Positions 10,161-22,303 of a stretch of 36,790 nt of DNA are shown here, piece by piece. Location: the NCBI RefSeq assembly GCF_001194135.2, contig NC_068984.1, forward strand, positions 86,004,398 to 86,041,187, written 5' to 3'. The notes beneath the pieces are model-generated. The model was not told the DNA's origin. It saw only the letters and a list, made by a program, of their open reading frames with translations, and searched no databases. Position numbers and translations under genes: made by a program. Each line of letters begins with the position of its first letter. The stretch's first letter is position 1. This stretch comes from Octopus bimaculoides (Eukaryota).

Positions 10161-13100
10161 AGGAGGGGGGGTCTTTTTCCAAGTAGCAAGAGAGTAATGA
10201 GGATTTGACTGATTGATACTATGTATCAAAGTTTTGGTGAACTGCTGTGACTTTTTGACACACTTTAGCATAAGATTAAGAAATTAACAAATGGTAAATG
10301 TAATAGTATATTTGTGAAGAATCAAGGAAACAATGACAAATTATGCATGGACAGTGATTTTTTCTTCATTCATGTAATGTTATGAACATTATATACATTG
10401 TTTAGCGATTGTATACAAGTTGTACTGTCCAGTAATGTGCTACTTAAAATACTTTATTACTTTAATAATATATAATTTAAATGAAATATGACTTTTTGTC
10501 CTATAACATTATTTCCATTTAGATTTTTTTTAAAGACTACCATGATTCTTCTACAGCATAACTGTTTCAGTTTCAACACACTTGACCTGAGATCAAGTTA
10601 CTAACTAAGCAAGTACAATTCTGAAACCTCCATATTTAAATTCTGAAAATTAATTTCTTCAATGTTATAAAATTTATCACCAAATTAAACTAGTTCGGGT
10701 ATAAATCTTCAATAATGGAAAGAAAAGTAATTGATGACAGCTGACACTTTATCCTTTTCTGATATGACCTGCATCTTGGATTTCTTTGAACGTCAAAATA
10801 TAGTCTTGATCAACATGATTTCTAACACCGATACATGGCATCTCAAATTTAGTGGGAAGGTATAATTGACTAGCATTATTTTATCAACCCTGTAAGTATG
10901 AAAATTCCTTCTCATCATAATAGCCTAGAACTGCATGAAAGATACTGTCACAGTTGAAAACTATTTGTTTAATGGAAGAATTCATTGCTCAACGAGAATT
11001 CAAGAATGTTGAGTTCCAATATTGCAGATCTATTATAATGAAATAGGCATTAAAATGACACCAGTGATGATAGATCAAATGACGGAATTCCTGTCATTGA
11101 TTTGGGATTTGAAGTTACTTTGAACTATTGACTGCTGTATTAGCAGGTCTGACAACCTTTGCACAAGCGCCTATGTTCATCGATACGGGCATAAATTAGC
11201 TAAACTTTTAGTCTTCATCTATGTCAATAACTGTTATGCAAGTACAAACCAGATCACCAGCAACGACTGAATAATCAAAACAATTATTTATTTATTTTTG
11301 CTATTTAAAGAGAATATAGATTCCAGGTATAGATTAGAAACCCTATGTGTCAGTGGTACGCCTTGTTTAGGAGAATCTGTTTTCATCTTCACGATCGTAA
11401 AAAGATGAAAACCGCCGATAAAGTTGTAACGATGACAAGAAGAAACAAGCTAATTTTAGCACCAAAGCCGAAAACTGTACTCAGATGAATATTTTTCATT
11501 TACGAATCACTTGAGCTATTAAGTTCCTTCAGTAATATATACTCACGTGTATCTAAAAGTCAGTAATCACTTGTTTGTCACCTTAATGAAACAAGTAAAA
11601 CTAAACAGCATACCTATCTATCTATACTTTGGCTAAATATCAAACAAAGATTGACACAGCTATTCATTGATAAGAAAAAACAGAAGCTGATAGGAACTTA
11701 CAACATTAAACATGATTAAAAAATAAAGGATTTGGAATCGATAGTGTACATGTTGCGAGTTTGATCAATCCAAAGCATGTCGAGGGTTCAATATTACACC
11801 CAGGAAGAGGAATCAGAGATGATGGGCTTTTTGTTCCTGTGATTTTTGTTTGTTTAATTATTGATGTTTTCAAAAATATGTTTAATCGAAGATTTTTTTT
11901 CTTTATATAATAAGGATTTACAACAATGGCATAAAATTGAATTTTTTTAGCGTTCATGCCTTTCCTATAAGAAAAATAGTAATCACTTTGTATGGAACAA
12001 CACTGAAATAAATAACGTTGTCGATATTAAATACACACGTATATATTGCATGTGTGAGATGGCCAAAGGGTTAATTTGATTTTTATAAGTGAAATTTATT
12101 AAAGTAAAGCGAGAAAAAAAAAAGCAGGACAAATGAAAACCTGGAAGTTAATAGTGTGAAAAGGAGAAAAGGGTGTTGCGAGGTTATTGTTGTAAGACTG
12201 GAAGTAATTTTGGTCAAAGAGCGTCTCAACACTTTGCGTCCCGATAAAACACCAACAGAAATTTCGATCGTTTACGGATGTATATAGGGTACTTATTCCT
12301 GTAACAGATCCTGCAAAGGAATTCTCTGAAAATAACAAAAATATTACTTTACCTGCTTTTTTTTGAATTTGGTTTGATTACACCTGGTTTAGGAATCTAA
12401 TGTCATATTTCCCTTCAGCTTGGGTAATTGATAAAACTACTCAGAACACGCTAGTTTGCTATTATTTTCCTCTATCTCGCTTTCTAACTGTATATGTACT
12501 TTTTTGTTTTGTTTGTATATATATCTTTCACTCCCTCTGTGTATGTGTCTCTCTCTCTGTCTTTCTTTCTCTCTATGTATTATGTATGTATGAATATTTC
12601 CCTCTCTGCTCAACACAACTAATTGTCCCCGAGTTTCCCTCCTATGAGTTAGCGCCGTTGTCGGAGTTACCTCCCTTGTTCACTACCTTAAATTTTAGCG
12701 GTGAAGGTTGGAGTTAGAAATAGTGATGGAGGCGAGAGAGAGAGAGAATTAAAGAGAGCGCAAACATAAATTTGCAAAAGAGGAATGTTTCACTGCCAAA
12801 TGAACAAAAACAGAAGATGGAAGTAGTAGCAGCACGAATCATGGTAGAAATAGTAGTAGTAGTAGTAGTAACAGCGGCAGCATTGCATGTTAAAGTGGTG
12901 GTGATATAATATTTCTCCTAAGCATTGCATTTCGGACAGCGTCGGGTTTTTCTTTCACTTACCCTCTCACACCTCCACTAAAATGGAATTTCTGTACATT
13001 TAAAACCCCAAACGTATTTACTCTGATCTACATACGATTTTTTAAAAAAGATCTTTTACTTTTAATCTTTTCTTTGGCGCACTTNNNNNNNNNNNNNNNN

Positions 13101-14289
13101 NNNNNNNNNNNNNNNNNNNNNNNNNNNNNNNNNNNNNNNNNNNNNNNNNNNNNNNNNNNNNNNNNNNNNNNNNNNNNNNNNNNNNNNNNNNNNNNNNNNN
13201 NNNNNNNNNNNNNNNNNNNNNNNNNNNGGGTAATAATTTTTATCTAAATATTTTATTTAAAAGATATTTTTAATTTTATTGAAGTTGAATTTTTAGTATC
13301 AAATATAAATTTTATATTCGAAATCATTCATATTTAGTTTGTTTCTTGACCACATTTGTAGTTCTCTTTCTTCAAAACTAAAAATCGTTATTAAAAAAAA
13401 TAAATAAAGTAAAACGACAGTTAAAATTACATTTTCGTATGTCAGCACTTTTATCTAATTTATTTATATTGTCTTTTTTTTTTCAAACAGTAGAATATAT
13501 ACAATACCCTATCTCTTATTGGGCTTCTAGAAATCCGGTGTTATATTGTACCCTATATGAAGTAAACAGACCTATTTTAGGGTTAATTTGCATACTGCGT
13601 GTTAGAAATAATTTGGTTTTTTTACTTTTTTAAGCGGATTGATGAAAATTAAACATACTCTTGCTTCGTAATTGGATTAATTTGCATCTGTATTTGTTAA
13701 ATAAAATCATATTATTTTCATTTAATTTTCATCCTGACATTGTACTGTATATATGACTATGAAGTATTTAAGAATTTTAAAGGGATAAATATAAGACAGA
13801 CCCTGCTTTACAAATGTATTAATTTGAATCTATTAGATACGATTTAGTTCTTTAATTTTCATAGTTTATTTTATATTTTAATGTAAGTATATATTTAGGC
13901 CTATCTCCACAAAATCTAGAAATCAGTGACACTTCCGGTTCCCAGCTAGCTGGATGACTGGTCCAGTACTTATATAGATAGCTCAAAGTAAAAGAATTAA
14001 CGGGTGTTATAAAGTTTATTACATTCTGTCTCCAACTGGTTTATAAAAGAGAACGCAATAAACAATGACGTCATACTACTGTGAAAAGTACATTTAAAAT
14101 TTAAAGGGAGAAAAATCCACCACGCCTTTCTCACCGACTTCTTCTCAGAAGAGCGATACGTTTTGACAATTTGATCATCGGATAAAATTCTTTGCGTTGC
14201 TAACATCAGCTCTTTATGCTCTATGTTCAAATGCTAGCTGACTAATGCTATGCCTCTGCTATTTCTTTTTTAATAGTTTGGTCTTGAGG

Positions 14290-14400
14290 AAGTGACTGTG
14301 CCTGGAAACTTGCTTGACATGCTAGAAAAAGTAACCTAATCTCCTTCATTTAACACCCTATCGTGTTTTAAAAAAAAAGCACATCTTGGATAATGCAATA
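14290..14400. repeat. Short dispersed repeat family member
   Basis: CTTGCTTGACATGCTAGAAAAAGTAACCTAATCT...TTAAAAAAAAAGCACATCTTGGATAATG is similar to 18241-18325. Related reverse-orientation pieces are at ~17690-17770, ~28890-28940 and ~31240-31290. Confidence 0.55.
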
Positions 14401-14689
14401 TAAAGTGCCTTATGCGGCTTTTGACAGGTGCTTTCTCACAAAAATTTATTACCTCCTCGTTTATTCTCCATGGTCAATTTTTTAAAAAATCTTTTCTACG
14501 ACACCCAATTTATTTATTCAGCACCATTTGTAAACAAGAACCGGCTACACACCCAAGTGTGAAAATTTTCTACAAATACCTTTCAGATGGTGTAGATTAC
14601 AATTATATCCGAATTTAATGTGGAAAAAAAAAATTACTGACAAACGCCACTATTTTTTCAAAATGTAATATTTCATTTTGTAGATATTA

Positions 14690-14910
14690 CATGACTGAAA
14701 TATATATTTGTAGATATATATATTTCAGTCATGCAAGAGCACCGCCTTTTAGTCGAACAAATCGCCTGTAGGACTTATTCTTTGTAAGCGTAGGACTTAT
14801 TCTATCGGTCTGTTTTGCCGAACCGCTAAGTTACGGGGACGTAAACACACCAGCATCGGTTGTCAAGCGATGTTGGGGAACAGACACACAAACATATACA
14901 TACACACACA
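14690..14910 (-). mobile_element. tRNA-derived SINE 3' half (family of 23625-24009)
   Basis: GAGCACCGCCTTTTAGTCGA..GGACTTATTCTTTGTAAGC..TTTTGCCGAACCGCTAAGTTACGGGGACGTAAACACACCAGCATCGGTTGTCAAGCGATGTTGGGG matches 23672-23815. Confidence 0.8.
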
Positions 14911-15159
14911 CATCGTCGTGTGTGAACTATTTTTGTAATGACAACTACATCTTGGTATAAAACGCTCCACTTCACTTAGACATAGTAGCTAAATTTTTAT
15001 CTTAAAACAATGAGGATAGGCATATTCCATAATGTGTCTTTCTTAGGATGATTCACTTCATGGAGAATGGATGGAATACCTTTACACTTAGATCTACTAG
15101 ACCAGATCACCGTTAATGTACTGATAATTGAAAAGCATTTTGATCAAAAATAGGAAACT

Positions 15160-15430
15160 CGGAGCCCATCAGCTTACAGTCGGTGGATATTGCGAGATCG
15201 TGTTTTCGATTCCCAGAGTTGGCGTTGCGTTGTGTTTAGGCAAAACACTTTATTTCACGTTGCTCCACGATCATTTCGTCATCTTACGTGTGGCATGTCG
15301 AGCACCTGTACAGATAATGTCGATTTGATGGAGGGAGTGAGCTTATGTGAACACAAACATTTGATCACTATAAACAAAATATCTGTGTGGTTGTTCATCA
15401 AAAAATTGCAGAACTCTAACAGGAGAGTCC
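15160..15430 (+). mobile_element. Probable decayed tRNA-derived SINE of another family
   Basis: B-box-like TTTTCGATTCCC followed by GTTGTGTTTAGGCAAAACACTTTATTTCACGTTGCTCC, a CORE/V-like SINE layout. Confidence 0.45.
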
Positions 15431-15444
15431 ATGATATAGTTGTA

Positions 15445-15645
15445 TGTTTTTCAAATTTTGGCAAAGGCTAGCAATTTCAGGAGAAGGGGTAAGTCAATGA
15501 CATCGATCTCAGTGCCCAGTTGGTACTTATTATTATCAACCACGAAAGGCGAAGTCGACCTCGCCGGAATTCGAACTCGGAATGTAAAGACGGACGAAAT
15601 ACCGCTAAGCATTTTGCCAGGCGTGCTAACGATTCTACTAGCGCT
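15445..15645 (-). mobile_element. tRNA-derived SINE (OR/OK-like)
   Basis: Reverse complement reads TAGTAGAATCGTTAGCACGCCTGGCAAAATGCTTAGCGGTATTTCGTCCGTCTTTACATTCCGAGTTCGAATTCCGGCGAGGTCGACTT, with an intact B box GAGTTCGAATTCC. A second tail starts at ~15660 and runs into the gap. Confidence 0.85.
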
Positions 15646-16671
15646 CCACTTTTTAAATATGTTGGCTTCAAATTTTGGCACAAGACCAGCAGTTCCGAGG
15701 GAGAGGNNNNNNNNNNNNNNNNNNNNNNNNNNNNNNNNNNNNNNNNNNNNNNNNNNNNNNNNNNNNNNNNNNNNNNNNNNNNNNNNNNNNNNNNNNNNNN
15801 NNNNNNNNNNNNNNNNNNNNNNNNNNNNNNNNNNNNNNNNNNNNNNNNNNNNNNNNNNNNNNNNNNNNNNNNNNNNNNNNNNNNNNNNNNNNNNNNNNNN
15901 NNNNNNNNNNNNNNNNNNNNNNNNNNNNNNNNNNNNNNNNNNNNNNNNNNNNNNNNNNNNNNNNNNNNNNNNNNNNNNNNNNNNNNNNNNNNNNNNNNNN
16001 NNNNNNNNNNNNNNNNNNNNNNNNNNNNNNNNNNNNNNNNNNNNNNNNNNNNNNNNNNNNNNNNNNNNNNNNNNNNNNNNNNNNNNNNNNNNNNNNNNNN
16101 NNNNNNNNNNNNNNNNNNNNNNNNNNNNNNNNNNNNNNNNNNNNNNNNNNNNNNNNNNNNNNNNNNNNNNNNNNNNNNNNNNNNNNNNNNNNNNNNNNNN
16201 NNNNNNNNNNNNNNNNNNNNNNNNNNNNNNNNNNNNNNNNNNNNNNNNNNNNNNNNNNNNNNNNNNNNNNNNNNNNNNNNNNNNNNNNNNNNNNNNNNNN
16301 NNNNNNNNNNNNNNNNNNNNNNNNNNNNNNNNNNNNNNNNNNNNNNNNNNNNNNNNNNNNNNNNNNNNNNNNNNNNNNNNNNNNNNNNNNNNNNNNNNNN
16401 NNNNNNNNNNNNNNNNNNNNNNNNNNNNNNNNNNNNNNNNNNNNNNNNNNNNNNNNNNNNNNNNNNNNNNNNNNNNNNNNNNNNNNNNNNNNNNNNNNNN
16501 NNNNNNNNNNNNNNNNNNNNNNNNNNNNNNNNNNNNNNNNNNNNNNNNNNNNNNNNNNNNNNNNNNNNNNNNNNNNNNNNNNNNNNNNNNNNNNNNNNNN
16601 NNNNNNNNNNNNNNNNNNNNNNNNNNNNNNNNNNNNNNNNNNNNNNNNNNNNNNNNNNNNNNNNNNNNNNN

Positions 16672-16884
16672 GCTTCATGGCTATAAAACAGGACACGCCA
16701 AGAAAACTTCCTCTTTCTCTCTTTAGTCACCAGCGGTGACGCCTCGACAGCTTGGTCGCTGGTCGGCGGCGACTGGACATCTGAAGCCATGGACACAAGC
16801 AGACATACGAGCTAGTAATTCCTTTTCTCTATAACACTACCATCTCTCTCTATACAATTACTGCTATAAAAGAAGGTACATACA
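16672..16884 (+). mobile_element. Possible LTR 3' part emerging from an N gap
   Basis: TATA-like CTATAAAA at 16681, then a pyrimidine tract and a GC/CpG-rich R-like segment, ending ...GGTACATACA. Composition and layout only; no TSD visible. Confidence 0.3.
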
Positions 16885-17029
16885 GATACAGGCCTAAATC
16901 CTTAACCTTGCATGTTTTATATACTATTACACTGGCCTACCCGTCGTGGTATGGCAGCATAGAATGTAACGGCAAAAATAAATATTTTCTTATAAAAAAA
17001 TGATCTTCATCAATCAATTTATAACCGTT

Positions 17030-17650
17030 ACATATATATTGAAAAGCATTTTAGAGTCTGAAGGATTCAACGTACTCTCCAGATTGTTCGTACAAACATT
17101 GTCAAAATTATTAAAATCTAGGTGGTGGACGATAAGAATTCTAAAACGCAACAATACTGTAAATGAAGTAACATCATACAGACCCATCATTCTGTTGTGG
17201 ATACCGGTGGTTAAAAAACACACACACAAAAAGGGGGGAAAAACTGACATCAACAAAGTTTTCTATACCATTCATTCCCAGCTATTTATTTATACAAAAA
17301 ATACTCGACTTCTCTGGAAACATTAGATAATGTCTTCAAATTCCCTTCATATAGGAAACAACGGAATGGTCAGGACTTATGCTTTTGATCATAGGCCATC
17401 TCGATCAAGGTTGATACGGGATTAAATATATATATATAATTAAACACTAGCTTGCAACAATCTGTAAGGTCACCAAACATATGTTGTGCAGAAGAAAAAC
17501 ATTTCCAGAACAAGCGATTTCTCTAATAAGGTACTACAGGGATTCATCTTCTCATCCGCCTTTTTCAAAGTACATGCATATGACATTCCTATATCTCCAC
17601 AGCCTCATATGCAGATGACATCCCATTTGTAGTCGCTGCAATGATTTTAA
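17030..17650 (+). mobile_element. Decayed Jockey/I/CR1-group LINE reverse transcriptase fragment
   Basis: RILKRNNTVNEVTSYRPIILL (cf. ILKPGK...SYRPISLL), DINKVFYTIH (cf. DISKAFD.VWH), VLQGFIFSSAFF..AYDIP (cf. VPQGS.LSP.LF...DIP) and YADD (~17610) occur in RT order. Confidence 0.6.
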
Positions 17651-17869
17651 CCCAAAATACACCACCTAGAAACCTGGACCCAAAGAATTGATTTAAAGTA
17701 GGATGTACTTCGAGAGATATTTGGCTGTTACTTTTAGCAGGCCATGCGGCCGTGTTGACTCCCCTCATTTGTTCACCCCTCTTAAGTTTTTCAACATCAA
17801 GTATAAAACAAAGCTAGTTATGTTTCAATACCAGATAGTTTATTATGCACACACCTAATGCTAAAACAT

Positions 17870-18070
17870 ATCCCGACACAAAGCTTGGAATTTGTAAGGG
17901 GATTAGTAGATCACATCAACATCAGTACTTGAATGGTACATTATTTTATCGAATCCAGTAAAATGGAAGACAAAGGTGACTCCCGTAGGATTTGAACTAA
18001 GAACATACAGAACCAGACCAAATGCGCCAAGGGATTTTGTCCGACGCTCTAATGATTCTGCCAAACGATT
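17870..18070 (-). mobile_element. tRNA-derived SINE (OR/OK-like), decayed
   Basis: TGGTACATTATTTTATCGA..GGATTTGAACT..CCAAATGCGCCAAGGGATTTTGTCCGACGCTCTAATGATTCTGCCA is the reverse complement of the family head and body. Confidence 0.75.
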
Positions 18071-19059
18071 ACTTGGAAATAATTCAAATAATACTAGTCA
18101 TGACGTTTATGACCTCTGCCTTTTCCTTTTTTTTCTTCTTTTTTTTTTTCTTAATACTTTTGTCTTGAGAAAAGGACTGTGTCCGTGGGCCTTGGTAGAC
18201 AACTGAACCAGTGACATTGGTATCATAAACGTTCAATGACCCTTGCTCGACATGCTAGAAAGAGCAACATAATCTTCCTTATCTGACATTCTTAAAATAA
18301 AGCACATCTTAGTTAATGTAATTCAAATTAGATATTTCATACACACGAATGATTTTCACATGTTATCGTAGACCCACCCCCTCTTGAATGCTCATATCTA
18401 CATGTATGATAGTTAATGAGAGTTATACGTAAGAGTTCACGTTGTAGAGGTGGTCTACCGTATAGTTATAATACGGGATGAAAAACAATCCATTTTCAAG
18501 TTCTACAACAATGAACCGTTTTAGATTAAAATCTTGAAGAGTTTAGTTCAGTGGTTCTAAGCCATTTTTTTTTCTTTTTGCCTAATTAACATACAGAACC
18601 AGACCAAATGCGGAAAGGGATTATCTAATAACTTCGCAAACGTCGTCATTCACCATCTAATTTGATACCGTCACCTGACCCTTGTGTACCTTCAACGGAG
18701 GTGATTCTACTGCAAGAACTTGAAGCAAGCTTCTGGGATGAGAAATACAAGATCTCCCTCCTTTTCTCCTATTCTAGAAGGTCCTGTCAAAAACGTCATT
18801 GGTGTTGCCCTTCCTAAACTATAAAAGTAAACACTGTCTAATTAGTTTGGGTACACTATTATCGATCCTTTTCTGATCTCCTCCCTAACAGCTTTTTATT
18901 AGAATATATCTGTGATTTAATTTTCACTTCTACATTGTCTTTCAATATAGCACGAGTGATAAGCATCACAACTTCAATCCAAGTTTCAGATCGAGTTAAA
19001 TCATGGGGCGAATTGTGATCCTGCTCATAACGTTTACGGTATGGCTACCGCTATAATCT

Positions 19060-21860
19060 ATGGGGTTACTGGTATAGATTGGTTACTGTAGAGAGTGAAA
19101 CATGAAAATAAGCCATCACTGCATATCGGAGTGTGCAATATGGTCTTCAGCAAGCATAATTGGGGAAATGGATCAATAAGCTGCACCTCGTCCTTTGGCT
19201 GACTATCGATCGGGACTGGGTTAAGGCTGCTCAACAAAAAGAACAACGTGTCACTCAAATGGGTCTGTGTAAGTCCCAACCAGGTCGAGAGTGACATGGT
19301 GGTGGAACAAGGAGATAGACAGCGCCATAAACGCATAGTGACAGGCCTAGAAAGACTGGAAAACTGGTGGAAGTAGAGAATTATATCGAGTAGCCAGAAG
19401 GGAAGCTAGACGACAGATTTACGTAGCAAAAAGAACAGCAAAAGATAAAAAGTTTGCCAATGTTCTACAGCATGAAGATCAGAGGCGTGACGTGTTCAGG
19501 ATTGCAAAACAGTGTATGAGAGAGATTAGATTTGTTGTGGGTGAGAAATGTGTGCGAATGAATAATGGTATGCTTGCACTTAGAGACTCAGAGAAGAAAA
19601 ATGCATGTAAGTGCTGCTATGAATGGTTACTAAATGTGGAAAATGCACGGAAGGAAAGACTTTCAAATATAGAACCAACTGAGGGGCCAGCCATAAGTTG
19701 ACAGCAGTATGATAAATAATGCCATTAGGGATATGAAGACAGGGAAAGCTCCCGAACCATCAGGAATTACCGCTGAGATGTTTAAAATATCTGATGGAGT
19801 AGAATACGGCCTAGTCACTTGCATAGCTAATCAGGTTATCCAGGAAGGCGTCATCTCCAATGTCTTGTGTAGTAGTATTATAGTTATCTGCTACAAGGGT
19901 AAACATAATGCCTCAGATAAAACAACTACAGAGGTATACAAGTGTTGGATCAGATCATGAAATTTAGAGAGACTTATAACTCAATTGATTAGGAATAGAA
20001 TTAAACTAGATGAGATGTAATTTAGTTTTGTATCTGGGAAGGTACTATAGATGACATCGTTTGTTAAGGTTATATCTACATACATTCTAGAGAAATTATA
20101 GCCAGCACTGATTTCTGCAACGACGTTTCGTATCAGAGACAAAGATCAAAGATGGAAGTGGCTATAGCATATCTGAAGAGATAATCCTAACAAGTAATGT
20201 AAAGTGCACTGCAAACGCAGAACACAGTATTGACTTATAAAAACGTTTAATATGCTTTATAGTACATTATGGTTGCTTAATGAAATACCGCGTACCTACA
20301 AGTCATAAGCACAGATATCATCTTCTTTGTGAGACGGGTGCAAGAGAAATATCTGGTCAAAAGTAAACCATTGTACTTGGCTTTCATCGACCTGGAGAAA
20401 ACTTTTGACAGAATCCCTAGTCCTGATATCTGGTAAGAGCAGCTTGTTAGAGCTGTACAAGCCATGAATAGCCGTGTTATTAGTAGAGTGAAAGTCGGCT
20501 ATGAATAAAATTATGAAAAAGCAAGGGTTTAACAGGGTTCAATTTTCAGTCCACTCTTGTTCATCATAGTCCTCCAGGCTTTAACAGAGGAATTTAAAAC
20601 TGGCTCTCGAGGAAACTACTATATGCTGATGACCTCGTTCTTATTGCAGAATTAGTAACAGAATTGGAGAAGAAATTTTAGGTACAGAAGCAAAACAGGG
20701 AATCAAAGGGTCTAGATAAAATTCTCTTTTCGTCAGGTAAATAGCCCTGCTCAATATGTAGGAAAGGTGTTGGTAGAAATTCCATTCGTTACATCCAGTG
20801 CAAGTTATGGACAGATAAGAGGTGCAGTGGAATCACAGGTAGGTTAACAGAGAAAGTTGTCATTGTATGTGACAGATGTGCAGGAACAATAAACTCTAAG
20901 AACACACAGGAATTAAAACTCTCTCAAATGCTCAGGAAGCTCCCTTGAGGTGGTAGATAATTTCGGTTACTTAGGTGACCAAGTTAGCAAATTAGTGGTG
21001 GGGGATTTTCTGAAAGTGCTGATGCTAGAATAAGAATAGGATGGAGGAGGTTCGGGGAGCTATTACCACCGTTGGCAACAAAAGGGCTCTCTCTGGGCGT
21101 GAAAGGCAGATAGTATGATGCTTGTATATGAACGGCTATACTTCATGTTAGTGAGATATGGACTCTGAATGTAGAAGACATGTGTAGACTAGAGAGAACT
21201 GAAGCTAGTATATTACGATGGATAACAAGCATCAGGGGCCCTGAATGCAACGGACATGCGAAAGCTATAGAGAAACGGGACTAGTAAGCTCCGCTGGATG
21301 TCTAATGTAAATGTACACCTGCGACAGAGTGTCAGTGTATAGAAGGAGAAGTTAGGCATAAGAAGAATTAGATGCTGTGTGCAAAACAGAAGACTACGCT
21401 GGTTTGGTCATGTGATGTGGATGGATGCTGACAGCTCCATAAAGAAGTGCCATTCACTCAGAGTGGATGCAACTCGGGGAAGAAGAGGACCAAGAAGACC
21501 ATGGGACGAAGTATTGCAAGACGACCTCAGAACGCTGAACTTTTCGGACGAGATGACAGAGGACTGAAATACCTGGCACCTTGCTGTACTTAAGAAGACC
21601 CGTCCTCCAGAGCAGAAGTGTCAAGACCGCAACTCCTGATGAAAAGAAGTGGCCTGCAAGGGCCATATACCAGTGTCACATCAAAAGCATTCGTGCAGGC
21701 CACACGGTAAGAGTACCTAGCGCACAGTGTAAAGTGGTTGGCGTTAGAAAGGACATCCAGCAGTAAAAACCAAGCCAAATCAGACTGGAACTTGGTACAG
21801 CTTCCCCCACCGTTCAACACACCCCAGCATGGAAAACGGGCATTAAAGGATGGTGATAAT
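19060..21860 (+). mobile_element. RTE-clade LINE, 5'-truncated and pseudogenised, with internal PHD finger
   Basis: Contains VTWWWN, MKTGKAPEPSGITAEMFKIS, YKGK, YADDL (~20620), a PHD finger at 20748-20879, YLGDQVS, RRLRWFGHVMWMD and RGRRGPRRPWDEVLQDDL, then the 3' UTR and (GAT)n-like tail at ~21830-21860. Many stops and frameshifts; a ~240-bp unrelated insert lies at ~20070-20305. Confidence 0.9.
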
Positions 21861-21989
21861 GATATATATATAGATGAGTCTAAAGTAGCACCCAGTTTCT
21901 GGGAAGTTATACATAACCATAAAACAGGAATTGGGCGCTACTTTCGACTCATCCTGTATATGTGTGTGTGTGTGTGTGTTTTACTGTCT

Positions 21990-22195
21990 CCTTGCATTTA
22001 CATCGGATAATAGTTGTAAGCGAGTGTCACTGTCATACAAGAGGTGTTGTTTGTTTCTTTCACGTAGTCATGTCTGGGCTACCTTACTTGGAAACAGGTG
22101 AGAGATGGCAATGGGAAGGGCATCCGGCTGTACAAAATCTGTCTGACCCATGTGAACATGGAGAAGTGGATATTTCATATATATTACGAAAACAA
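21990..22195 (+). mobile_element. SINE 3' part ending in an RTE-like tail
   Basis: TTGGAAACAGGTGAGAGATGGCAATGGGAAGGGCATCCGGCTGTACAAAATCTGTCTGACCCATGTGAACATGGAGAAGTGGATATT shares the GGAAGGGCATCC...CCCATG...CATGGA motifs with the RTE 3' end. Confidence 0.5.
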
Positions 22196-22303
22196 TATTT
22201 TCAACCGAGATATTACAACTATATCCGATTGTTCAAGCGCTTCATTTCTGTTGACATTTATCAATAGTTTTTCCAGTCACAGGTTATGTTACTTGAACAG
22301 ATC

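Noticed and set aside
11060-11130. DGIPVIDLG, similar to the 2OG-Fe(II) oxygenase N-terminal IPVIDL motif
   Set aside because: Bounded by stops, with no splice signals or downstream domain.
11740-12330. Possible ancient LINE bits (FLGVILNPR on minus ~11790; KERLNTLRPDKTP on plus ~12230)
   Set aside because: Single short motifs on opposite strands; insufficient to call.
16932-16955. Third Helitron-like 3' end (CTGG plus CCCGTCGTGGTATGGC) and a helicase C-terminus on the minus strand of 17040-17210
   Set aside because: The hairpin is broken, and the adjacent sequence is better explained as plus-strand Jockey-like RT (SYRPI motif).
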